Notes under the pieces: model-generated | Told to the model about the DNA's origin: nothing | The model's database searches: none | Seen by the model: the letters and a program-made list of their open reading frames with translations, nothing else | Position numbers and translations under genes: made by a program | Part shown: in pieces, positions 1 through 12,160 of the stretch | How the letters are laid out: the number at the start of each line of letters is the position of its first letter | Numbering within the stretch: position 1 is the first letter of the stretch | Source: Dimorphilus gyrociliatus | Lineage: Eukaryota; Animalia; Annelida | DNA length: 64,000 bases | Direction of reading: 5' to 3' | Assembly (NCBI GenBank): GCA_904063045.1 | Contig: CAJFCJ010000004.1 | Coordinates: 1,171,713-1,235,712 of the forward strand

Positions 1-120
1 TTTCAAATATTCATTCAATTTACACCGTTTTAAGTAACTAACGAAACAAGAAAAACAACTTCGATCCTTACAATTCTAATTGATTCGTAAAGAATAATTG
101 CAACATTAAAAAAGAATATA

Positions 121-146
121 AGAGAGAGAGAGAAAGAAAGAGAGAG
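121..146 (+). repeat. (AG)n microsatellite
   Basis: Directly visible, intronic next to the donor at 152. Confidence 0.85.
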
Positions 147-152
147 TCTTAC

Positions 153-2604
153 TTATGCATGACACTCTTCAGTTCGTCAGCTGTTATCTTGCCAGATCTA
201 TCCTTATCGAACATTCTGAAAGCAGCCATAAGCTGTTCTTCTTGTTCATCCTTATTATCATCTCCGCAATACGAAGTCATCAAAAAGACAAATTCATCAA
301 ATTCGATTTGTCCACTTTCTGTCCACATGAGAAGAATAATCATTATTCCTTTTTACCCTTAGGAAACAACTAAAGAATACTTTCACCCCCTATACAATTG
401 CGTAATACAATGTATTTATTAACCTTACATTAATCTGTTATATAGCATATACACGTAATATACTAATGGACGAATATAGGAAAAGCAATAAAGATGACAA
501 AAACTAGGTTTTCTTGCTTTTCTTGGTAGAAAAATAGTGATTCATTTCCATTAATAAAAGGCATATAAGCTGGATTGTTATTACTTTTTAACGTGGCGCT
601 TTTGAACAAAGTTGAATATGAAACGTAAGTGCTATTAATTAACATCAATATTTTAATATGCAGTTTTTTGTACTTTTTCATTTATATTTATACTTTTTCT
701 CTTGCAAAAAAGTAGCCTGTAAAATTTTCAAATCCATTTTCATTGTACAATGCTTTTTATTTAACTAGGCACGCCAAGTTTGTAAAATAAACACTTTTAA
801 AGAGTTTCCGCTCTAAATAAGCTTTATATGAAAAACAAGAGGGAGAGAGCGAGAGAAATAAAGAAGTATAGAAGGGGTGGGGGGAGGGAAAGGGAGGGAG
901 AGAGGGGGGAAAGAGATTGTAGAAAAAACAGTTATTTTATTTACTAAGATAGCAGTTTCTTTCCAGGCTTAAAGGAAGAGTAATAGTAATATAAAGAAAA
1001 ACTAAAACTGAAATAGCTTGCAGTTTGGAGATCTTAACTGTCTGAGCTTTTTATTTATAGCCTTTATTTACTACGACAACCGGACAAAATCTACCAAAAA
1101 AAGAATGTTAATAGGACAGAAAAAGATAGAGACTAAGACAAACACGAATAGTAACTGTCTACTTTCATTAATGATTGAGATTTTTATTATTAGACAATGA
1201 AATTTAGCAAACTTGCTCATATAACATTAATTGACCATAGTCAAAATTTTACATACATAAGCTCTAATTAGTTTAGATTTTATTCCAGTTTTTATTAAAT
1301 ATTCAAATTTCTATACGCTTATATTCAGGAAATTTTGTCCAATTGCATAGAATGGTAACGAAAATTTTATGCAAAATGTATAAAACCCGCAATATTCTCC
1401 TATTGTAAAATGATAATACGACTAAAATGCCAGAGCGTTTCGCCATCATCGGACTGTGGCGTCCTAAAAGTGGTTCATGTGAAAAAGCGTGATGAGATGT
1501 CTAGATTATTATAGATCAGCTCTTTTCGTTCCTTGTTTTTTGCATGAAATATCGAAATAATCTTAATTGACATTATAGATTCCATTTATTGATGCTCTAT
1601 TTTGTAATTATATAATAAAAAGATGAGATTTTAATGACATTTCTAGAGAAATTGCTATCAATTAGAATTTATCTAATTGGATAAATAAAGAAAGCTAATT
1701 TCGCTAGTCATCCGTATGATGACTAATTAAACGAAGTATAAACTTTTGATACTAATTACAAACACTTCAGCTCTTACGATACTCGTGTTTTTTCTATATA
1801 AATATATCTCTTTCGAATTCCTATATTCTATAGACAAGAAAAGAAAATATTCATTCATTCTTTTATTGCAAAAGTTTTTTTTTTATAAAAAAACCTCGTT
1901 TTGTATATATACAATATATATCTGTATAAAAGAACTTATTTGACCAAAAGATGGCAGTATATTGAGGGAAAAAAATCATTTTATGATAAAATTTTACTGT
2001 AAAATTTAAAAAAAAACTGGAAAACTAGACTCATACAAACCATCTCTATCGTGTTCTCTTATGATGTCCTTCAATTCTGCTTCCGTAGGGTAAATATCCA
2101 AATTCCTCATTACAGTTCCCAATTCTTCGATTGAAATAGCTCCATTGCCGTCTTTATCAAACATGGAAAATGCTGCTTTGTATTCTGTAAAAGAGAATAA
2201 TGAAATATATTGCTTTTTGTATAATTGTTTATATAAAACACACATATACATGCACTCTAATCTACATAGACTTTTACGTATAAAATTATCATTAAAAAAG
2301 TACATATATGAGTGTTCATATAATAATATATATGTGCAGCATAACGTACAGTATATATTCTAATATATCTATATATATATATATATTTCCCTTATTTATA
2401 TTTATAGAAAATGAACGCTTTTCCGAGCTGTATATTAATGCTATCGAATGGCATTTTGTCTCATAATAAAATACGAATATAAACCTTGCAATTGTTCTTC
2501 TGTTAAATGCTTCCTTAAATCGGCCTGAAAAGAAAATGAAAACGTGAGAAAAAGTTATATAAACTTCTATTAAAATGGGATAGAATAATATTTTTACTAA
2601 CCAT
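153..2604 (-). CDS. Calmodulin-like EF-hand protein (3'-partial; final exon(s) lie left of the window)
   Basis: Exons 2604-2602 (ATG only, then GTTAGT), 2524-2485, 2184-2041, 318-153; all junctions GT-AG and phase-consistent (0,1,1,2). Translation [117 protein letters not shown](K/N)... with three canonical EF loops ([36 protein letters not shown]). In-frame TGA upstream of the ATG. Too divergent to be calmodulin itself. Confidence 0.93.
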
Positions 2605-2765
2605 GTTGTAAGCGTAAAACGCCGCAGCCCACAGACAAGTGACGCCTCATCAGATATGCGTTCAGAATCGATCGCTAGCGTCACCTTGGACCGCGTTATA
2701 TTATTGCCAGGCAAATATATGCGCTTTTTAATGAAGTCTATTCTTTTATGAGCAACTTTTGCAAG
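2605..2765 (-). other. 5' UTR portion of the ATG-bearing exon of the calmodulin-like gene
   Basis: GC-richer segment bounded by acceptor ttttaaattccag (AG at 2767-2766) and ending in ATG|GTTAGT; implies a further upstream non-coding exon. Confidence 0.55.
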
Positions 2766-3540
2766 CTGGAATTTAAAACACGATAAAATAGATGTCACAA
2801 TCCTCTTAGGTCCTTCACAGTATTCGTTCTTTCACGGAACGTAATTGAATGTAATTTCCAAATCAGGGTATTAATTTTTTTCCAATTTTCCCCCAAAAAG
2901 TAGGCCAAAACTGGCTAAAAACGTCATACTTATTCAACAATCATTACTTGCGAGACGTAATACTAAATGATCTAATTAGGTAACCATTTTACAACGAAAA
3001 TATATTTTCCAATGAGATGGCTCTTATACGCTATGATTCTTGTTTCTAGAGCTAATGACATCTTTATTGCATCAAAGGTTCCCTAAAAGAAAAGAGTTTG
3101 GGGTAAATATCATAAAAGTCGTACAGGCCTTTTAACTAATGTTGATATACTACACTGATATGTTAAAATTGGAATTATTGATCTCATTTAAGAAATCAAT
3201 TTCATATTTCACTAATATTCATAATGAAAGTTTTTTTTTATATTCGGATGGATGACAAAAGAGAGAATGGAAGAAAGAAAGAAAATAGGACTAGTCTATC
3301 GATACTTTTGTCTTCAATAGTCATAGAATTTCCCAGGAAATTTCATTCTAGACGGTATATGGTTGGAATAAAACTTATGTCGATTATTGTTATTCAATAT
3401 ATAAATGCTAACACTCGGTTTCTTTGATTCGTTGCCGGTATTTCAAAGGTAATAAGAGAAAGAAAATAGAAATAATTTCTAAGCAGCTTTTAATCTAAAA
3501 TCCTTTTATTGAAATTAAAAGGCAAAAAAGAAGAAAAAGA

Positions 3541-3597
3541 CAGAGATAGGCAGAGAGAGAAGGAGAGAGACAGAGACAGATAGACAGACAAACTGAG

Positions 3598-3632
<35 letters not shown>

Positions 3633-3640
3633 AGGAGGGA
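3541..3640 (+). repeat. (GA)n / GACA-rich purine microsatellite tract
   Basis: Directly visible; perfect (AG)n core ~3601-3629. Confidence 0.9.
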
Positions 3641-5934
3641 GGGATATTCATAAAATGACTGTTCTTTCTCAAAATTATAGTCAATTGAGAAAATATTCAC
3701 AAGATTATGTTGCAGTATAGAAAAGAACAAAAATAATCTTTATTCTTTAAGACAATAGATATCTTGTAATTAAGCTAGTAGGACACCTTATAAACTCGTC
3801 ATAAGAGTCTTTTTATTGATGTCGTTAATGGCCTAATAAAAAAACACAAGAGTTTAACAACTTTTATTAATGAATAGGAAACGTATTCAGAGTAATTTAT
3901 GCAAATACTTTACTTAGATATTGAATTGATTAATCTTTTGCCTCATTATCTCAGAATATTTTGTAAAGCCCCAAATATAAATCGATAATACTATGTTGAA
4001 GAACAATTTATGCTGATGATAAGCGTCTATTAATTGCATCTTTTGAACAATAATTGACACGGAAATCGTATTTTTTATCATAATTGTTTTCATAAACATC
4101 TCAGACTCTAATCAATTATTTTAGCGCCGATCAAGAATTTATATGAAAAAAATCGATAGCTGTCATTGATCGCTCTTTTGTATTTAACCAAAAGTTATGA
4201 AAGAAATTTTTTCCAATGCCATGAGACTCTTCTACATATGAATCCTTTTCTCTTTTTACTGTATTCTCTCTTTTTGTCCTCTCAATTATTCTCTATTTTC
4301 TCTCCTTCTTTCCTTGCTTTTCTTTTTTGCAGTGTAAAATGTTTTGTGTAGGCAAACGCAACATATCTATTGATCTTTTGTGGAAAAAGAATAATTTCCT
4401 AAAGTATCTCATATAAATTAAGCACAAAATAACCTGAATTTTGCAAAGGAAATATACAGAGGGAAAAAAATTGCATGCTGCGCAACCAAGTTCTCAGAGG
4501 ACTTGTTCCAACTGCAATACTGCAATGCGCTAACGCTGTCCGCATTTCCAACAATGCGGGCGTCGTATTGCAGTCGGTTTTTAGCGTGAATCTCAGGGGA
4601 AGAATGTAAAGCGTTTCTTTTTTATTAGGTCTAGTGTATTTTACAATATGTGTAGTACAGTAGATAGAGTATCTGGTGAAAAATACGTTTAGTTATAGGT
4701 GCCTAATATAAAAGACTGGGATGTAAATTTATTTTGTATATTATCTTCTATATAATAATAAGCATATATATATGTAAATGCATATGTTTATATCGCCTTT
4801 ATGCATATATAATGAGAGAGCAATGACAATTAACATTGGAAAACGGCATATTTGTTTATTACTGAATAAATAACTGATAAAAATACAGTATAAAGAAAGT
4901 CAATAAAACAGTTACAGTTGTTTGGCTGCTGTAAAAAGCAATATGAATCCATAAATATAAATAAAAAAATAAAAAAAATGTTTAATATCATTATTTGAAT
5001 TTTTTTTTGCTGTAGACGGAGAGAATAAAGTACTGCAATTTTTTTTTAATGTCCTTACATGATTATATCCCAAGTGAAGAGAGGCACATATAGACAGGAA
5101 ACAAACTTCAAGAAAGTTGGGGTTAATTCATATCAACTTACTCAACTTATTAGGAAATTCCATTTTGCTACTGAAATTAAATATTTGCTCTCATTTAACC
5201 TTAATAGGAAGTACACTCTAAAATTGTTTACTTGATATCCTTGATAATATAACTAACATGTACTTTTTGAGGGTATTGAAATTACATCAAATTACTCACA
5301 ACAACATACCATATAATTAATTATTTCTTACAATCATATGATTAAATATATAAATTAATACCTAGCGTTAATGAAATTTTCCGTCTAGTCTTTAAATCAA
5401 TTCCCAATATTCTATTATTCTTTGAATACTATTTACAGAATCATTCATATAAACAAGACACAAAGAAATTGTATGTATGAATATAAATGTTTTTTGGTTG
5501 CTAATAATTATTCCTTTTTTTTATATAAACAAAAGAAAAATTTATTTAAAGAATAGTTTCGCATGCATGAATAGCATATTGGAATTCGTTAAGCGCGCTA
5601 ATGATTCCCGAAAAGGCAATAACAAAAGGAATAACTTAATGAGTTTCTTTTCGAATGGATAAATCCTTTGTGATGTTTAAGAAATTGTCTTTGAATAAGA
5701 TTTATAACCTCGTAAAGACAAACGAAGACAAAAAAAAGGGAACTTTCTTTTTTCATTATTATTTTATTTATATGGAAATATATAGAATTATTTTAATAAA
5801 TAATAAAACAAATAATAATTGTATTACATCACTTTTTTTTTAATTTGTTTTATCGAAATATATAGACTTGGTTTTATTTAAAGACTTTCATGTATTCCAC
5901 TGCAAATACAGTGTATTACAATAGATATTATTGC

Positions 5935-5960
5935 ATATATATATATATATATATATATAT
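5935..5960. repeat. (TA)n microsatellite
   Basis: Directly visible. Confidence 0.9.
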
Positions 5961-6429
5961 CATAGAAATTTTTCATATTAAATAATAAATATTATTGAAT
6001 TTTAAATAATCCTCAATAAATTTATACAGTTTTACGTAGATCGTAGGGGGTGGGAGTTCCCTGTTTAGCTCATAACTTAGCTGAAATATAATAAAAGCTA
6101 CTTTTCTGTTATAGCTCGTTCATTTGTTAAATAATTTATTGACCTAGTTTAATAAATAGATAAGGTATACGAACAATTAAATATAAATAACCTTATTAAA
6201 AATGAGATGATGAGTTACTCTTTATACTCTTTGAAAAGAATAATGAAAGTATTTGGCAATCAATGATATAATGTTAATTAATTGGTCAATTTGGTTAAGT
6301 ATATCCCAAGAAAATGTAATGGCATTTTATTTACTTTAGCAATATTTACAGTGAATCATGTAGAGCGATTTTACACGATTAAAATAAAGAGAGTAAGAGA
6401 GCAGGGTAGCACTAAGTAGACGCAAAGCG

Positions 6430-6510
6430 AGTGAGGGAAAGAGCGAGGAGAAACAGAAATAGAGATAGAAAAGAGGTAGTGAAGGAAAGAGAGAGAGAGA
6501 AGTAGAGGAG

Positions 6511-6555
<45 letters not shown>

Positions 6556-6610
6556 GAATAGATAGACAGAGAGAGAGAGGGAGAGAGAGGGAGAGAAAGA
6601 GAAAGATTGG
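6430..6610 (+). repeat. Compound (GA)n/(GATA)n microsatellite
   Basis: About 11 TAGA units at 6511-6554 flanked by GA-rich tracts. Confidence 0.92.
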
Positions 6611-7417
6611 GGAAGGAATGGGGGGCACGATGGTGGTAATGGACAAGTCATACTACTTTGACGTCTTTGAAAGCTAACTTAATTTTTACAAACTTCTACT
6701 TTCTTTGCTAATGATTAAGATACATAAAAATGTCAAAAATCACTTTTAGGACAATGTTAAATATTTTATGTAGTTTTTCAATGACATTGTGGAATTTTTT
6801 TTCCCGATATTACAATTAGTGTAATCCAGAAATAAATGAGTTTCGTATATAACCTCTGGTTGTATCATATCGTATATCGTTAGTGTTGGTTTACTTTTAT
6901 TCATAATTCTTGTCATTTGTGTGTACCATGAAAAAGGAGTTTCGTTAGAACAGAGATAAAGAGGAAACAGAAGAGAGAAATGTAGATAGGCAGAGTGAGG
7001 GTAAAAAAGACGGAAGAGCTAGAGAATAGTTTAAAAAAAAAAAAGACAAATAGATAACAAGCTTGAAAAGAGCAAGATAGAAAGTGAAAGAATATTGTTT
7101 AAGCCGTGAGTGGCTCCATCTTTCGTATTTTTAGACGTTGACTTTGAAACCTTCACCAAATAGAAACTTACACATTCCTCTATATAGTAACGGGAATCGC
7201 GAATTTTCGGATAAATAAAGAATATTGTGCCAAATAGAACAAAGACGTGTTTGTAACAATAAAGTAAATAAGTTTAAAAATGTCTTTTATATAGAAAATC
7301 TCAAACGCATCTTGACTCTTTAATCATTTCTTCCTTGTACGGATTTTCTTTCTATTCTGAAAGATATCTAATGTTTCCTTAATACTTTTATGTCGCGTCT
7401 AGTTGACTATTCCTTTA

Positions 7418-7419
<2 letters not shown>

Positions 7420-7452
<33 letters not shown>
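7420..7452. repeat. (TA)n microsatellite
   Basis: Directly visible. Confidence 0.9.
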
Positions 7453-7454
<2 letters not shown>

Positions 7455-10366
7455 GATTAATAAAATTTATACAGCCCAGTTCATATTAGTATACGATATA
7501 TGATAAATGCTTATACATTTTTTAGACATACCTTTCGTAATATCTTTCAATACTATGCAATTGCTAAATAGCAACACAAATAATTAGTTTTAACAGATTC
7601 TGCAACATATTCAATACACTAAAAAGGTATATAAATAATTTAAATCTATCTTTCTTAAACACAATGTTAATAAAATTTTATAGCAGACAGCCAATAATTT
7701 ACTCACTGGGAAGGAATTTTAAATATTGATATAATTAAAAAACGTTAGCTAATATTATACAAAGAAAATTCCCTGTAAGTATTATTATTATAGTTTTCTA
7801 GTAAGCTTCTTGCATTCTAAACGATTCTTTAATTAAATATATCGTATTAATGTGAGAAATTTGATAATGTTTATTTATTTTCTGTATATAAAGGAGTGAA
7901 AGTTAAATGTATTGATATTTAACGCATGAAGAATGCATGTTTATTATCATTGTAACATTTTACAAACTGAATGTAAAGTAAAACGTTATCAGTGACAAAA
8001 TACTTCTACTTCCCCTCTAAAATTTCTATAAGACGGTATAACTAATCATTTTAGACCTTGGAATTATTATTTCATAAGGTTTTTTCCAGTTCAGCTCAAT
8101 GAGCAATAAAACTTGCTCTCTTATGGAATTATTCAATAAAATTCAATTAATGTAAACCTTGAAAGTTTACTTGATACATTTTTTTCTTCTAATATCTTAA
8201 AATATCTTTTTCTATTTTTTGTTTGTTAAAATAAATCCATATATAGTTTTATTTTTAAGAAAAAGCAATTCATATAAACGTGTCTCTAGCTTTTTTCATA
8301 AGGGAAACTTTTTCATTGAAATATATATATATATATATATACTGTATATATAAACAATTGAGATAGATAAGGAGAATAAGTGTAACAAACTAAAGTTTTA
8401 CAGCTTAGCGCATTTTTTAAATTTTATCTCATTTTAGTATTCTTTATGTGTTGAATGATTTTATTTATATGTTTACAATACTTTAGAAAGAAATCTGTTT
8501 TTTATAAATCCACAACCAATTCTTCTTAAAGGAGTTCCTATTGGATTTTTTTGCTATTTATTAGCCACATGTAATTGTGCATATGTGCATATAATATCTT
8601 CAGAAATAAACGTATAAATATGCTCTAATACTGAATATAAAAGATAGGTGTCGTCATTGGTACTGGTATTTAAAGCATTGCAAATATGCAAGGATGTTTG
8701 ACGTTTAATTGATAGGCTTATAATTTTCAAATCAATCTTTTCGAACAGCTTGCGAAATATAAACGATTGACAAAAATATATTGTACATGTTGTATGTTAC
8801 TAGTATTTCTTTTTTAATATAAGTATCCTAGATAATATATTCAAGGAGATGGCAGCACTAGGAATTACGAGGGAAGGGGGGAGAGAGGGAGGGTAGTGAA
8901 AGAGCTACTTACATGTGTACAGTGGAAAAAAATCGAACAAGGTTATTGATAAAAGCTAATTAATTATGTATAACTATATTTAACCTTTAATGACAGTATT
9001 AGTAAGAGTTATGTTGTAATTAAGATGAGCAAACACCTATCGCTTGGCTAATAATTCCATATTGAATATGATTACTGGTTGATGAAAAATGCAAGAGAAT
9101 TTAAAGATTATAGAGCAATATTTTTGACCCTATCTAACTGAATCTATTTATCCTGATATAATATATGTTCCTTTTAATGTCTAGGCAATAAGCCTTTTTA
9201 CCAATTCGTTTATCATATAGCTATCTCCTGTCTGTTCCCAACGTTTTTCCATAATAAGAAACGGAAACGGAAAGTAATCGTAAATGGCTGTCGATATATG
9301 TGGTAGGAATATACTAGAGAAGAGACTAATTAACTATTGCTCGAGGGAATAATATAAAATAAATTTAAGAGATGAGGGAGTGTTGATGAGAACTTTTTAA
9401 TTTAGAAATATTAACTATTTTCTTTTCCATGTTAAAAACGTATAATGACGAAATTAATAAAAAATTAATTATCTGTTAACCTCTCTCCTTCACTTGATTT
9501 AAGATTTCCCATTAGCTAATAAAACAGTCTAATTTATATTAAAATTAATTTGCTTCTAGACGAAAAAAGAAAGGGAAGAAAACCTTTAAAAATCTCTTTC
9601 AAAAGGCATAAAATTTTTGAAGAAACGAAATTAGAAGGAACACTTTGCAAATGTTCTGCAGGGTTTGAAAATTTTGCCTCGAAGTAACCTTTTTTATAAG
9701 AAAAACAATCCTATTTTTTTCTATAAAAAGTATATTCTAGGAGATAAATTATTGAGATTCGAACATCGGATGAGAATCTACGCTAAGACTTTTATATTTT
9801 GATAAGAAGATCTTTGTAGATTACAAATATTTATTACTAGCTTTCCGGAGTGTTAAATAGATAACGATCAAACTTATATTATTACATGAGCATGCATCCA
9901 ATTAGCAGTTAAAATTAAATGGGGAATTAATAAATAGATATGTTGAAATGATTATTTAGTTAAATTTATATGCTGACCATCGTCTGAAACCAGAAGGGAA
10001 TAAAGTCGAAGGGAAGGATTTTAACATTTTCACTTTAGTCTATTCAAATGTTGAAACATCTTCACTTAGAGGAAAATTCAATTAAAGATCTACCTGTGTA
10101 TTCTCCACTTGGATTCTCTCCATAGATTGCCTACTTTCATTCATTTATCTTTTCCCATATTAGGAAATTCTTTTAATGTAAGAATTTATCGAAGAGATAA
10201 GAAATTTTTAGATTTCTTATCTATTATCAGGAAGTTCAACAAATTGAGAAAATGTAAAAGGAGGATAAGATAGATTAAATCATTCGAATATTTATAAGAA
10301 CTTTTCATGGAGATTTACACCAACAGGTTGCAAGAATATTCCAGTATATACAACTAATTTGCATAC

Positions 10367-10510
10367 ATATCCAGCTCGATTGACGTCGAGTAAAGGCGAG
10401 GCGGGCGTAAAGGACGCTCTCCGTGACGGCACACAAGCTCGAGACGGTCTCCATCAAGCCGAATTTGTTCCGCCTCAATCAACCAGCCGCCAACTTTTTC
10501 ATCCATTATA
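10367..10510 (-). CDS. Orphan coding-like exon (MDEKVGGWLIEAEQIRLDGDRLELVCRHGERPLRPPRLYSTSIELD...), product unknown
   Basis: Acceptor ttttttttgtag| at 10511, donor |GTATGC at 10366, 144 nt, GC-rich, only one open frame, ATG (10506) in ataATGG context; upstream donor GTAAGG at 10727. Downstream partner exon not established. Confidence 0.5.
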
Positions 10511-10759
10511 CTACAAAAAAAAATATATAGAATAAAAGAAGACAAAGACACAGAAGGCTTATAGAAAGAGGTGAATTCCATATTTGAAGAGAAAAATAGC
10601 AATGTTAGTAGAAGTGTTGCAAAGGGCTCAATGACGTAATAACTCAAGATTCTGATGCGACTCAAATTTCAAAATATACACTTCCTAGAGACTGTTCATT
10701 TGTAAATTTTAAAACATGTACCCTTACGATTTTGATTTAGTAATAGAGATAAAGAATTA

Positions 10760-11000
10760 AACAGTAGATATATGGAAAGGGCTAAATCTCGTCTCCGCCG
10801 AACCGAACACCGTACAAGGCCGCCTCGCCGTAATTCTATTACGTTTTTCATCATCGCCAAAGTCGGCCCTCTTCCGCCCAATCCTGTCCGCGCAATGATT
10901 CACGGCACGGGGGCCAAGTGACATTTTCCTGGAAGCATCTGTCGTTAGGTTGCTGACAGCTGCCATTATTGGCGGGGCGTTAGACAGTCGATCAGGTGCA
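10760..11000 (-). promoter_or_regulatory. GC-rich promoter-like island (CCAAT and GC boxes)
   Basis: CCGCCCAAT (~10874-10882) and ATTGGCGGGGCG (~10968-10979) in a CpG-rich island within AT-rich DNA, directly upstream of the 10727 donor and the 10510 exon. Confidence 0.45.
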
Positions 11001-11538
11001 CACACCGTCCCAACTAGTCTCAAGGGTCGACTTGTTAATGTCTTGTTTGTTTTGTAGAGCCGCCATAGTCGAATGCTATTGTTTCTATTCTTTTCATTCG
11101 TTTATTTATTCTTTGTTAAAATTGATGGAGTCTAGTTGAAAATTTCGTCAAGTAATTATCCCCAATGTCTTGAAATTCGCATTAGAATAAGAAACAATCA
11201 TAACTAGCCTACAATACCATTTAGTTGGTATTTTATCAATGAAAAAAGAAAAAGATATGCTACGATCTTTAAATTCATGGATAACTTTTGATTGACCCAT
11301 TAAAAAAATGTGTGTAAAAATATTTTCGCTAGTTTTATTCAATTGAGAAGAGAAAACGAGGAGAGAAAGAGGAAGGTTTATATTGTAATAAATTGTAAAA
11401 TAATAATAGTAAAAGGCTGTAAGTAAGGAGGATAAATTAAAGAATAAAAGAAACAAAGTTGAATAGATAGATTTATTCAAAAAATTCTGTATTGCTTTTG
11501 TATTATATTGAAAACGAATTGAACGCATATAGATGTAC

Positions 11539-11542
<4 letters not shown>

Positions 11543-11598
<56 letters not shown>

Positions 11599-11702
11599 GG
11601 ATTATTATATGCTTTGAGACATTTAAAATAAAAATAAAAGGAAACAACATGCAACTTTTAATGTATACATCAAAATATTCACACTTACTGTTATATACAT
11701 TT

Positions 11703-11790
<88 letters not shown>

Positions 11791-11915
11791 ATTCATTTGT
11801 TCTTTAATTTAAAAATACTTGCACACTCAGAAAATGACTAGAATTCTTTATAACTATTTAAACATACATGTATAAATATATATAATTATATATTTAATTA
11901 TATATATATATATTT
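11543..11915. repeat. Cluster of long (TA)n microsatellites downstream of Prop
   Basis: Near-perfect runs at ~11543-11596 and ~11707-11792, degenerate to ~11915. Confidence 0.92.
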
Positions 11916-12160
11916 ATCTTTGTTATATATAAACAAATGTTCTTATATAGTTTTTATATATTTAATATAAGAATATTTGGATTTACATGTATTTTTTTCT
12001 CTGTATATACATATCTTTTTGTGATATATGTGTAAGAGCACGAAAGCACCGATTATACATACGTTGTACACTTACATTTTCTGTCAAAACCAAACACCAA
12101 ATTTAATCTATAGTTTAAAGCTTGAAACTTTTTTCTTGATAAAAATATAGCATAAGCAGT

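Noticed and set aside
2647-2653. CUGAUGA (hammerhead core / C-box-like); also at 38343 and GTGATGA at 1490
   Set aside because: No properly placed stem II + GAAA or D box with terminal stem.
2316-2798. 160-aa minus-strand ORF over the calmodulin-like 5' region
   Set aside because: Out of frame with the CaM-like exons and runs through introns; no recognisable domain.
4565-4582. miR-92-like TATTGCA start in the hairpin; also miR-137-like GAGAATACAC near 28370
   Set aside because: Seed and body do not match the known mature sequences.
3490-6651. ORFs 3490-3684, 3515-3730, 6371-6646 and 6412-6651 (SLSLSL / IYLSIY peptides)
   Set aside because: Translations of (GA)n and (GATA)n microsatellites.
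10501-10510. Exon 10510 as the Prop terminal exon (giving ...NL-YNG*)
   Set aside because: A better terminal exon with the conserved Prop tail lies at 12262-12161.
11148-11654. 168-aa minus-strand ORF
   Set aside because: Spans the (TA)n repeat (YIYIYI); AT-rich noise with no domain.
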